Below, one piece after another: positions 37,283 through 50,534 of a DNA stretch of 64,000 bases; the stretch's first letter is position 1, and the number at the start of each line of letters is the position of its first letter. Under the pieces are notes generated by a model. The model saw only the letters and a list, made by a program, of their open reading frames with translations, had not been told where the DNA came from and made no database searches. Both the position numbers and the translations under genes were made by a program. The stretch is taken from NCBI GenBank assembly GCA_964016885.1, contig OZ024744.1, forward strand, positions 96,596,001-96,660,000, written 5' to 3'. Source of the DNA: Eledone cirrhosa. Its lineage: Eukaryota.

Positions 37283-37699
37283 TAGTTCCAAATACAGAGT
37301 AACTAATCTTGCAAAAGCAAAGATCAGATTAATATCTTAAGTAAACTATCTTAAATTGAACACCTTAAGTAAAATCAATAGTAATATCTACCAATGGAAT
37401 AATATTAATATAACTATTAGCTAGTTTAATAACATTTAGAAATATCAACGACTTCATGTTTACCGAATTGGTTAACGTTGAATTGTAGTCTTCTATAGCA
37501 AAATATTTATTCAATAGTCACCTAGATTTCGGTATGGTACAAGATACAGATAATAATCACGCAGATATTACTAAGCTCACTAGAAAGACAATTTTCTTAC
37601 ATAAATATACCACGCATAGATTTTAAGTCAACAGATCCCATTCGATAGGAATATAGTATAATTTGATAGTAGAGAGAAAGACGGACTCGTTGGTCTGTG

Positions 37700-37845
37700 T
37701 ATCCTAAATACACCCAGTAAGAAATTTCCCACAATAAATATTTGATGATATAAAGATGATATATGCTCTGGTAAAGCCAACATATAATCTTTATATCATC
37801 AAATATTTATTGTGGGAAATTTCTTACTGGATGTATTTAAGATAG
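37700..37845. repeat. Fold-back palindrome with arms of about 65 bp
   Basis: ccagtaagaaatttcccacaataaatatttgatgatataaagat and its reverse complement around a short loop. Confidence 0.85.
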
Positions 37846-38029
37846 GATTTGTACGTCTGTTATACAGTTATAGAGGTATTTATTTACGCTTTAATTTATA
37901 TTTTTAATTATCGTGTCTATTGTCTGCCTTTCATAGGTTATAGATTCCATACACTGGTGGGTTTTTTCCCTGTTTTATTGATAGCGCACTGTATATCTCT
38001 CTCTAGTGTGTTACCCTTTCAACATATTG

Positions 38030-38113
<84 letters not shown>

Positions 38114-38175
38114 TTTGCCAATCTTATTGTGCATAATAAAATCACATTCGAGCTTTGAATATCAGTCTGCCTTAT

Positions 38176-38202
38176 TCAGATGTATTATCAACTCTTCTAA
38201 TT

Positions 38203-38243
<41 letters not shown>

Positions 38244-38277
38244 TATGCATACATACATATATATATATACACACACA

Positions 38278-38347
<70 letters not shown>

Positions 38348-38466
38348 TGTGTGTGTATATATATATATATATGTATGCATATATATGTGTATATATATAT
38401 ATATATATACGTATGTATGTATATATATATATATATAAGGTAAATTAGAAGAGTTGATAATACATC

Positions 38467-38470
<4 letters not shown>
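38176..38470. repeat. Apparently perfect palindrome centred on (TA)n
   Basis: ttcagatgtattatcaactcttctaatttacc ... ggtaaattagaagagttgataatacatctgaa, with mirrored microsatellite interruptions. Confidence 0.85.
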
Positions 38471-38516
<46 letters not shown>

Positions 38517-38544
38517 CATACATATATAAACAAGAGGTATAAGT

Positions 38545-38600
<56 letters not shown>

Positions 38601-38992
38601 TCTTTGACAATATCCTCAAAATATTCGCCCTAAAATTAACTATCGACTTAAAACTTAGTATCACATGAAACTTAGTATCATAAAATTCATATTTGCTAAG
38701 TAGTAAACTTAATCAGAAATATATATAAACCTAATGTTAACCAAATAAAAAAACAAAAACAAACTAACATACGTACATTACTATAGATTTCTTGCCGCCT
38801 ATATTAACTGAATAAATAATTGAATACGTGCAGCGGAGTTAAATAGTATATATACTTAAAAGGTGTCAGTGACTCCTATGTTTCGCCTATTTCTGGTGTA
38901 ACACAAGAATAAATATCATATATATATCACATATATTTTTCATATATATACGTTAGGATATGTAAAATTCTACCCCATCTATATACATACAC

Positions 38993-39029
<37 letters not shown>

Positions 39030-39155
39030 GGAGGTGAGTTTTATTGTAGTACAATAAAGCAAATGCAGATATCGGATAAGAAGCACTCTACAGTTTGTAG
39101 GACTGGAGTATACATAATATATAAGAACAAAAGATGGTTAAAAGAGTTCCATGTA

Positions 39156-39222
39156 TTTTATTATGCGCATTTCGAAAACAAATATCATCATGCAATAATA
39201 TTTGTGTTTTCATCAGATAAAA
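39156..39222 (-). ncRNA. Type-I hammerhead motif in a solo Penelope terminus (about 39024-39290)
   Basis: ttttat CTGATGA aaacacaaatattattgcatgatgatatttgttttc GAAA tgcgca TA ataaaa. Same family as 62718-62890. Confidence 0.75.
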
Positions 39223-39310
39223 CAGGAGGACATGATATGAAGGTTAAAAAACACTTGTGGATAGTTCAGGTTTAAATCAACATATCCGTTTTAAATCAAC
39301 ATATTTTGTT

Positions 39311-39403
<93 letters not shown>

Positions 39404-39499
39404 GTATGTATATATATATATGTATAGTATATATATATTTATATTCGATCATCAAGTATGAAACTTGTAGAGATTTGTACAAATGTCATACTGTAAACG

Positions 39500-39569
<70 letters not shown>

Positions 39570-39664
39570 GTGTGAGTGTGTGTGTGTGTTTAATGGTAGC
39601 TATGATGCTTCCATAGGCGGTATGCCAGTTGAGCACTCTATGTTCTTACAGAGCAGAGTGTGAT

Positions 39665-39979
39665 ATATTATAAAACGAAAAATGAGTGATGCATCTGCTC
39701 TCAGTTTATTGTGTGTTACAATTGTTTCGCCGGCAGACAGCTCGAGACACGATCATTTATGGATCTGGCTGATTCTAGATCTGCAGATTCTTCGGACACA
39801 TGCAATACTTTCGGAACAATCTTTCTCACTGGGGTGTTAGCTTCAAAAAACATCTTCCTCTGCAGAATCTGAAGATCTAGAATCAGACAAATCCATACAA
39901 TGATCCTGTCTCGATCTATGTGCCGGCGAAACAATTGTAACACACAATAAATTGAGTCCAGATGCATCACTGATATTTC

Positions 39980-39987
<8 letters not shown>
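39665..39987. mobile_element. Fold-back mini-element with arms of about 125 bp
   Basis: 39665-39792 is inverted to 39865-39987. Hammerhead-like motif at 39712-39800 (minus). (TA)n on the right. Confidence 0.65.
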
Positions 39988-40048
<61 letters not shown>

Positions 40049-40069
40049 ACATTACTATATATATATATA

Positions 40070-43000
40070 TTGACATTACAATGGGCTCCAGTGACTCCGC
40101 ACAGCTAACGGACTTGGTTGGGATATACATACTCTACGAGATCAGGAGCGAAATACCCAACCTGGGTGGCGGGCTGTACCGAGACGATGCACTCTTCACC
40201 GTCGTGGACCACAGCACCACAATGGTCGAAAATATGAAGAGGAGAATTAGACACTTCTTTAGCAATGTGGGACTTAAAGTAGAGATGGAACCCAATAGAA
40301 AAGTAGTGAATTTGCTGGACACCACCCTCAACCTCAACACCAAGCTACATCACCCATATCATAAACCCAATGAGAAGCTGGTGTATATCAACGCTGGGTC
40401 CAATCACCCTAGATCTATAGTTAAGGCCGTAGTTAAGAGTGTCTCTGACTGGATCTCTAACTTGTCTGCCAATAAAGATATCTTCAATAGTAACGCTGAT
40501 TACTATAACTCAGCGTTAGCTAAGGCATCCCACAGCCATACAATCAGCTATAACCCTAAGGGACATGATCGAGATGACCCAAGGGTACCCCGGGCCAATA
40601 CCCTCAGGGGCATGGGTCGCCCACTTAACACCTCGCTGACCAGTAGTAACACTCCCAAATCCCTATCCGTCACCACCACCGGTAGAGGGTCCCGCATACC
40701 CCACCGGTCTAATACCTACAACGCTGAAGACCACTGCGGTACGGGGCATAGGCACCCCTGCACCGGCCCCACTACCCGCCAAACCCTAATTGAGCAGGGA
40801 GGCCGCACCTCGCAGGTTTATAGCCCCACGGTGGGCCCTTATAACCCTCATGATAGTGGCCGCTCCACACACCTGAGTGACACCAACCGAGCTCGACCTG
40901 AGCTGTGCACAACACCGCGATGGACCACGGCGGACACCCAACCACCCCGCAAGTATAGGACCAGGAAGGTCACATGGTATAACCCCCCGTACTCGGTGGG
41001 TCTACGTACCAGCCTAGCTAGAACATTCTTTAGAGTACTGGATAAATGTTTCCCTAGGGCCCACAAGTACCATAAAATATTCAACAAGCACACGGTGAAA
41101 CTTTCCTACTCAACCACACGCTCCGTAGCCCAGCACATAGTTGGCATAAATAGGAATAGGCTCACTGCCTCTAATACCACTGTAAACCCCGGAGCCACCC
41201 AACGGAACCAGCACGCGGGACACACCAGACCCCGGACAGGCCCATCTAGCACACTGGAACCCAACGACCCTGTGCTGATTGCAGCAGCTACCCAGCTAAC
41301 CCCGAGTAATGGTAACCACGCGGTACATGTGCTGGGGCTTAAGAAGTCATGCAATTGCAGAGACTCATCACTATGTCCCCTTAGTAATGAATGCATGACG
41401 AAAAACGTAGTCTACAGGTGCAAGGTCACAACCCCTAACCCGGAGTACCACTACATAGGATCCACGGCGACGAGCTTCAAAGATAGGTGGTATAACCATC
41501 GCCATTCCTTTAACAGAATAGAAAAGAGGAAATGTACGACCCTTTCTGAATTGATCTGGAAGCTCAAACTTGAAAAGACCCCGCACTCTCTGGTCTGGTC
41601 CGTGGTTAGAAAGGTTCCTCAGACAGAGGTGGGTCTGGTATTTGCAACCTCTGTCATAGTGAGACACTTGAGATACTTCATGGCGGAACCAAGCTATTAA
41701 ACAGAAGGGCCGACTTATTCGGCGCCTGCAGACACCTATGGACGGGAACTTTCCTCAAGCTATATGGATAAACCTCGGTTCTGACCTCCCACAACGCCCC
41801 CCCCCCCCCCCTGTAGGTCCCCTACACCCCGTATCAATGACCAATGGACTACAACCACCCATATCGAGTGGTCCCTACGGTGGATTGTCCACTGGATCCT
41901 CTTCTGGTTAAGAGGCAACAAAACCTCGTTTATTGAACCTGAGGACCCCCCCCCCCCTCGGGAGTGGCCCACACAGGAAGAACAATCATACCAAGGTACT
42001 AACCCTATACACATGATGAGGAGTGCCCGCAACCGTACATAGCGTGTGTATACTGGGATTACGTGAGTGTACACACTCATGTGAACGCAACGAAATACTA
42101 ATACCCCAGGCTGCATTTGAAAAATGTTCAAGTGTATGCTTAGGAGTATGTTTGTATATGCTCTCTTGTATGAGTGCACATGTGTATATAGACATACCCG
42201 CGCATCCAGAGGTATAAAAGTGTGGCTGGGTATGTACTAAGCGCTTCGCCTAAGCTCCAAAGCCCCCAAGCTATTGCTGTGAAGTTATATATCACACTCT
42301 ACTTTGTGCTAGTCTAAACAATAACTTTTCCAAACACCCACTTTACTTTTCTTTAAAAATAACACCCACCTAGATTTATGTCTGCCTTATACTTGGATTT
42401 GGGGGCTTCTGTCGTATATATATATATGCACTTGTGCATACATATATATATATATACACACCTGTATGGATTTGTGTGTGTAGATGTGTGTGTGTGCCTG
42501 AGGGGGTAGGTGTGAGTGTATGTACAAGTCAACCAACATAGGTCTTTTTATTTCTAAACTCTCTAAGTATTTGACTCTTACCATAATTTTCCGTATTATC
42601 ACTCCACAATAAATTCCTCAATTTGTATGTGTGGATGTGTGTGTGTGTCTGTGGGGGTGGGTGTGAATGTATGTGCAAGTCAACCAACATTAGTCTTTTT
42701 ATATGTAAATTTTCTAGTATTCTACTCTAACCATAATTTTCAGTAGTACCACCTTACATAAATTCCTCAATTTAAGATTGACCTATAGTATCGAATTTCA
42801 CACTATAAACTCCAATTGAATATATATCTGACCAGGAATGCTTTTTGTGAAAATCAGTCATATGGAACTATTGTCATCTTGCCTGGTGGTTTGAACTTTA
42901 CAACACCACCTGCCTCTTTGAGGTCAAATACCAACCCTACTAGCATCTACAAACTGACCAATGAGAATTAAGATTATTCCTGCTGACAACATTAAATTAT

Positions 43001-43182
43001 TCCTAACAAGCTCATATGTCCCAAGACTCTGATACAATCAACACCATAAACACAGAGCTGGCATATCTAAGAACTGACTAACTGCCTGATGAGGTCATAG
43101 CCACTCAATGGTTATCATCGAAATATATATAGCAGTAAATAAAGGATTATGAGTTCATGCAATTGACTTATGTTTCGTCACT
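40070..43182 (+). mobile_element. 5'-truncated Penelope-like element PLE1, probably Naiad-type, in (TA)n
   Basis: DITMGSSDSA, GGLYRDD, WYNPPYS, CNC-x5-C, GIY-YIG (VVYRC..YIGST). Frameshift near 41620, long 3' UTR, terminal hammerhead. Confidence 0.9.
43081..43136 (+). ncRNA. Type-I hammerhead at the 3' terminus of PLE1
   Basis: actgc CTGATGA ggtcatagccactcaatggttatcatc GAAA tatata TA gcagt. Confidence 0.85.
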
Positions 43183-43349
43183 ATATATATATATATATAT
43201 ATAATATATGAAAGACGTAAAATAAGAAAATTTAAAAAATTAAAAATTAACTTAGTTAGAACCACCTAGGTACTATGACATAACTTATATATTTGCTAGC
43301 ATTAGTGTACATCTGTACGCATATGTTGGTAGATGTACTAATTCTCTAT

Positions 43350-43397
<48 letters not shown>

Positions 43398-43445
43398 TAT
43401 AATATAGAAGAAGCTTCTACAGGACTAGAACTGTTTCACTCGTGA

Positions 43446-43496
43446 AGCTTCCTGATGATTTCTCACGAATGAAACAGTTTTAGTCCTGTAGAAGCT
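43446..43496 (+). ncRNA. Type-I hammerhead within hairpin element 43401-43507
   Basis: agcttc CTGATGA t-ttc-tcac-gaa-t GAAA cag-ttttagtc-ctg TA gaagct. Confidence 0.75.
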
Positions 43497-43816
43497 CTTC
43501 TATATTAAAACATTTACACTCTTCTATGTATTGAGAAATATCACATCAAATCTGTGGATGAACCAGCAAAAACACAAACAGCCATATATAGAATGACCAA
43601 ACAGGGGCCTAGAATTCAACAGACACATCTAACCCGAACATTACAAAATAAAACCGTTATAAACAAAAACAAAATTAACGGATATAGTTTAAGAAGTAAA
43701 GAAATACATCCACGTATGCACGATCATACAGATACACACACACGTGTATAAAATATCTACGCACACACACTCTTACACGTAGAAATTGAAGATGTACATA
43801 CATATACATACACACA

Positions 43817-43848
<32 letters not shown>

Positions 43849-43866
43849 TGCATATATAAACACATG

Positions 43867-43902
<36 letters not shown>

Positions 43903-44043
43903 CATATACATGCATATATATATATACACATACATATATACACATATATACACATACATACAAATATACATACATATATATACATATATACATATAAACA
44001 CACACATACACACACACATATATAGATAGATAGATAGATAGAT

Positions 44044-44121
<78 letters not shown>

Positions 44122-44258
44122 GAAATACGTCCCTTCACGCACAACGCGCCAAGGTACGCATGTATTGTCCAAACCGATCGGTAAAGGTAACTATAGTAGG
44201 TAAAGTCAATTTTTTAAAATTTATTTTGAAACTTTTTCATTATTTACTAAACCTTGTT

Positions 44259-44312
<54 letters not shown>

Positions 44313-44399
44313 CATACACACTTACAAACGCATACATATACGCCTCACAAAAATACACTCACAAAAATTGAAGAAAAAGAGTTCTGGTGTTTTGAGACG

Positions 44400-45690
44400 A
44401 GTAATGGAGCTTCCATGGGATGACAGGATAGCTAGCCCCTCAATAAAGACATCGGACCGTCACGGTGCGCCCACCTGCGAAATGGGTGAATAGATGGGAC
44501 CCTCGATGCATAAAATTACTTAAGATCTCGAACCTAGTGTTGATTGCTTTAGTATCTCCACACTATCACAGATACAGAGCCGACAAACCTCGCTACTCAG
44601 CCCCCGCCTCCTGGGGGCAGCAAAACGGAGTATGTTCCACCTCAATTTGAAGTTCTCATCCTTAAGCCTCCACCCGCACTCGGCTAGACTAGTGTTGGAC
44701 CTCTTGCTTCTGTGTCTAGAGGAGCACATGTGGTTGTGGAAACGGGATTTGAACTCGGTACTTGTGGAACCCACATATACCAATTCCTCTCTTTCAGTGG
44801 AGACCGTACAGCTGAGGGGGCAGTCCCAAGTGGATCTGCAGTTGCAGTTCATCAGATATCTACCAGGGGCACTCTAGGGTAGGTGTTCGATGCGAAAGAG
44901 GGGATATTGCATTGGAGGTTCGGATTATTACGACGAGGTTAATTTGTAATGTACTGGCCTAATTGCTGGCCTTGTGCCAAAAGTATAAACAATTATTTAC
45001 GACGGCTGGAACGGTGGCCATACCTCCCCTGGGGGAGTTCTGGCCCGTCGACAACCGTCCCAGTACGGTCAATATTGAGGTACTCCCGAAGCTTTTTACG
45101 ATTGATGGAGGCAATGATCTCCGCAAGGTTGGGCATGGTGGAGATAGAGAACTTCACCGTGCGCCGTTTGGAAATCTTATAGTAGGGTGGAAAGCACTCA
45201 TCCAGGGCCTGGAACAAGAGGCCTGGTATGTTTGTTCTAAGTCTCCTGGAGTAGAGGGCATTATACCCTATTACATTTCTACTGCGAGAGTCGCGACGAT
45301 TCCGTTGACTCCAGGATCTCCTAATGGTGCAGGCGAGTCACCATGGAGTTGGTACGGAGGGGGTGCAAGGGGGTGCGCCGTTCTCACGCCGGTGCACTGC
45401 CACTCCGACTAGGAGGTTCTCGTCCGTTGGTAGCGGTCGCTGACACTCATGCCCATCGCGGGAAATGTGGCCATGCGAACGTGGTACAGGGCAATGTGAG
45501 GACTCCAAAGGTGCGGGTAGAAGATCACATGGAGGTTTAAAAGTGCTGTCGTACATAGCGCCAGGGCCGGGCCAAAGTGATTTGATGTGGCATTTGTAGT
45601 GTTAACACTGGTCTGAGGATCAAGCAGTCTTAGAGTCTGGTCTGAGGGGTGCCATCCCATATCACGAGCCAGCTGCTTGGGAAACATTTA
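44400..45690 (-). mobile_element. Decayed Penelope-like element PLE3 (Naiad-type) with a SINE fragment near 44945-44991
   Basis: ALDECFPP..TVKFSISTMPNL, CNCRSTWDCPL, VYVGSTSTEFKSRFHNH, CRLC. Boundaries approximate. Confidence 0.8.
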
Positions 45691-45829
45691 TAACCTGGAT
45701 TGAGAAGCAATACATCTCCTATGTAACATCTCCACTTTGTTCTTATTATATACACCTCTGCTCTGCATTGAGTCTGCTGACATTGGCTCTCTCACCAGTT
45801 TTCGTCGAATTTACTGAACTTCCTGCATG

Positions 45830-45972
<143 letters not shown>

Positions 45973-46130
45973 TCCGTCGGAAAAGTCCAGGAAAAAAGAG
46001 TGCTCTATGTAGGTAACATTTACCACTGGTAAATGAAATAATTGCCTTATGTTGTTTGTTACATAACTATATATATATATATATATTACTTCAAAATGTT
46101 AATAAATATAGACATTCATGTGATCAAATA

Positions 46131-46196
46131 TATTTTATTATACATATTTCAGAGGTACTGAGCTATTTCAACAGTACGTCCTCATCAGATAAAATA
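46131..46196 (-). ncRNA. Type-I hammerhead within fold-back element 46083-46285
   Basis: tattttat CTGATGA ggacgtactg-ttgaaatagct-cagtacctct GAAA tatgta TA ataaaata. Confidence 0.8.
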
Positions 46197-46390
46197 AGTT
46201 GATGCCTGACATGCCTTGACTATGTTATAATAATATATATTTGATCACATGAATGTCTATATTTATTAATATTTTGAAGTAATATTAATAACTCAAGAAA
46301 ACCTACTGTAGAGTGCTTCTAATCTATTGTGAAAGTTTATTCATTGATGAATTCATTGAACCTTGTTAAACTTTTAATTATATATATATA

Positions 46391-46466
<76 letters not shown>

Positions 46467-46555
46467 TACATATATATATATAAAAATACACATCGCATAT
46501 ATATATATATACTGTATATATATATATATACATATATACATATATATATAACACT

Positions 46556-46586
<31 letters not shown>

Positions 46587-46647
46587 CATAAATCATGTCC
46601 TTAGAATTACTAGATAAAATATATACCAATATATATATATATATATA

Positions 46648-46727
46648 TTGGGTTGTCAAGTATGAAATTCGAAGAAATTTGTAGAAAAAAAAACAAATTT
46701 CTACAAATTTCATGCTTGACGACCCAA
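46648..46727. mobile_element. 80-bp palindromic Tc1/mariner-like MITE
   Basis: TA-flanked TIRs ttgggttgtcaagtatgaaatt / aatttcatgcttgacgacccaa. A related half-copy lies near 39443-39480. Confidence 0.55.
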
Positions 46728-46904
46728 TATATACATACATACATACACACATATATATATACACACACACATACACACATACACACACATATATATATAT
46801 ATATATATGCAGTGGTTATATTTAATTTGTTGGGATTCAACAAGCTTAAACATTTTTATAACTGATATAAAGCACTCAACAAGTTAGTAGAGTAAATACA
46901 CATT

Positions 46905-47428
46905 ATATTAATAAATGGAAACTATATTTATAAAACCGTATTTATTTTATTATATATATTTCAAGGACAACCAAGGCAAATTATGGTGAGCTTTCATCAG
47001 ATAAAATACAGATTTGTTTTATAAATAAATATTGAGATACCCGGAAAAAAGACAACCTCAACGGTTGGAGCTTCCTGGATAGTGGAGATATTACATTTAT
47101 TGATTGTGATACAAAATTATGAGTGAGTATGCAAAGTTGAAAAGATAACAGTTTAATTTAAATAAACCGTTATCTTTTCAACTTTTCGGACACCCATTTG
47201 CATACTCACTCATAACTTTGTATTACCCCCAATAAAATATTATCTCCACTATCCAGGAAGTTCCAACCGTTAAGGTTGTCTTTTTTCCGGGTATCTCAAT
47301 ATTTATTTATAAAATAAATCTGTATTTTATCTGATGAAAGCGCACCATAATTTGCCTTGAAATATATTGCCCTTGAAATATATATAATAAAATAAATGTG
47401 GTTTTATAAATATAGTTTCCATTTATTA

Positions 47429-47432
<4 letters not shown>
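46905..47432. mobile_element. Fold-back element of about 530 bp with a hammerhead in each arm (46943-47008 minus; 47323-47394 plus)
   Basis: Arms of about 250 bp are reverse complements. Each reads tattttat CTGATGA aag...ctt GAAA tatata TA ataaaata. Confidence 0.85.
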
Positions 47433-47527
<95 letters not shown>

Positions 47528-47677
47528 CATATGTTATATTGAGAGCAATGTGGCAACATGCTGGCTCGTTTATCTCTGAGTCAAAAGCATAAGTACATAT
47601 TTTCTCCTCCTTTTTTTCTGTGCTTGTTTTCTTAAAGTCTATCATCATCCCGTTGGTATACATCTATCACGCAATTT

Positions 47678-47736
47678 ACACCTGAAGATGTCACCGGATT
47701 TTTTTAGCAACCAGGTCAATGAAATGTGCATAGTGT
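47678..47736 (+). ncRNA. Degenerate hammerhead motif
   Basis: acac CTGAAGA (poorly paired stem II) GAAA tgtgca TA gtgt. Confidence 0.5.
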
Positions 47737-48060
47737 TTGCAGAAATAAAAAGAAATTATGGAAATTCAGCATACTTGGTCTCCTGTCATTTCACTTTATG
47801 ATATTTATATATATATATCGATTATTATTCCACAGAGTTAATTTTATAACAGATTTGAAGCATTCTACAGATAATATCTGGATATTATTAATATTAACAA
47901 TATTAATAAAGATATTTTCCATTTATTAATATTGTTAATATTATATATATATATATGTGTGTGTGTGTGCGTGTGTGTGCGTGTGTGTGTGTGTTTCTTT
48001 GTGAGTGTGTGCATGCCTCTGAGAGTGTGCATGCGTGCCTCTGAGAGTGTGCATGCATGC

Positions 48061-48122
<62 letters not shown>

Positions 48123-48311
48123 ATAAGGAATAAGGAACAGCTTTTCTTTCAAGCCTATAATATTCCCTTTTGCTTTTTTGTGTTTGGTTTGGAACAAGCG
48201 TCGTTTGATCCACAAGACTATTCACGTTTCTTGACATTCAGAATTCCGTCATCAGAATAAAAACGATAGATTTAATGACATATTCTTCACGTGCTTGGTA
48301 GTGGTCATAAA

Positions 48312-48670
48312 GGATCAAGAGAGTAATAGTAATATGTTTGATCCCGGATCAAGGTAGTAATAACGAAACCACCGAGGCCGGGTCAAGTGAGTAAGACTAA
48401 AACCATTGACACAGGATCAACTGAGTAGCAGTAAAACCATTGATACAGAATCAAGGGAGTAATAGTAAATCCATTTGCACTAAATCAAGAGAGTAATAAT
48501 AAAACCATTGACACCGGATCAAGGAAGTAATAGTAACATTTTGACACCGGATCAAGGAAGTAATATTAAAATCTTTGACCCCGGATCAAGGGAGTAATAG
48601 TGAACCATTAAGGCCGGATCAACGGAGTAATAATAAAACCATTGACGTAGGATCAAGGGAGTGGGAGTAA
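48312..48670. repeat. Minisatellite, unit of about 32 bp, about 11 copies
   Basis: Consensus ggatcaagggagtaatagtaaaaccattgacacc. Confidence 0.85.
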
Positions 48671-49125
48671 CGGCAAATTCACTGATGTTGAATTAAAACC
48701 ATACGCAATCTAGTAGGCTTTTTATAAATAATTTCACGAATAATGGGACAGTGTGTTAAGTTTGGATCTATATTTTGATATTAGTAAAGCCCCCATAATA
48801 TTTAAATCTGATGACCCTCACTTTCCTTTTCTATCCTTGGTCTTCGCCGACAACCCAAATCTCGTGAAAAATATTGTTATTGTTGTTTCGAAGAGGATGC
48901 TATCAAAATCTGCAAACGTTATTAGACTTATGGGTCTAGCAAAACAATGTTCCAAACCAAACATAACTACTGTAAGGCAATATGAAAAATCAGATTTAAG
49001 TAGAGTCAATTTTTCACTATAACATACACATGCATATGCATAAGTATGTATGTATGTATGTATGTATGTATGTATGTATGTATGTATGTATGTATGTATG
49101 TATGTATTTATGTATTTATTTATGC

Positions 49126-49169
<44 letters not shown>

Positions 49170-49319
49170 ATGTGTGTGGGGGGGGGGGTATATATATATA
49201 TGCATACAGAAACATATGTATGTATATACTCACACATTTATATATGCATATATACATATATACACATATATATATATACGTATATATATATATATATACA
49301 TGCATATATACATATATAC

Positions 49320-49409
<90 letters not shown>

Positions 49410-50023
49410 ATGTGTGTGTGTGTGAGACTGTGAATGGACATAAACGCAGACAAATATATATTATATTATAGCATATTATAACATATTCGCTTCTAATATT
49501 AATTTGCATTTCCGTAAACAATTGGTATTTTTTCCTCTGTAATACATGCAACCCATAAGATCGTCATGCTCTGGGTATAATTAAAATCTTTTATATGTTT
49601 TCAAATAACCAATGACGAAACAGACTGAAGCCTCACATTTGAACAAATGTTTTGAAATATTTGAGTGCATTAAAGACAACACACATTCAACATAAATAAA
49701 TGAATACAAATAATATTAATAAGCAAACGTATACCTCTTTGGGTAGCTGAAAACGAGAGAAGATAAATATAAAAGAGTGTAAACAATAAAACAAAATTAA
49801 CGTATTTGTCACAATCAATTGCTAGACAATGATTAAATTAGGGGATTTTTCCAGTCTTTATAAACTCAATTATTTATAAATTATACGTATAGGAGCGAAC
49901 GAAGAAAAAACAGACAGATATACACACACGTACAAAAAATATATATATATATAAATAGTTAAATAGATAGACAGCCAAATATATATGTATGTATGTATGA
50001 ATATATATATATATATATACACA

Positions 50024-50263
<240 letters not shown>

Positions 50264-50534
50264 TAACAGATTAAAGTTTAACAAAGAATCGCTGCTTTCA
50301 CCCTTAACGGGATCTTCTGAAACTAACAAAGTTAATCTGTGAACGCAGAAGTAAATATTTCAAAAAAACCTTGCAACCGGAGGAAGACAGGAAGACGATA
50401 CTTTGGTTCGTGGAAACGTTCCCTGGCAAAGAACGGGAAAAACGAATATAATACGTCATTATTTGGAGCGGTGAAAAACAATTACACGCAAAGACAAAAC
50501 CACGTCTATAGTATAAAAGAAGTCGTAGACTAAT

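Noticed and set aside
42480-42775. Tandem duplication of about 150 bp
   Set aside because: It lies within the PLE1 3' UTR and appears unremarkable.
48312-48670. Possible CRISPR array
   Set aside because: Units are contiguous and degenerate with no unique spacers, there are no cas genes, and the context is eukaryotic.
48818-49020. Candidate further eag exon (open minus-strand frame; also 45690-45822)
   Set aside because: The translations show no resemblance to eag sequence.
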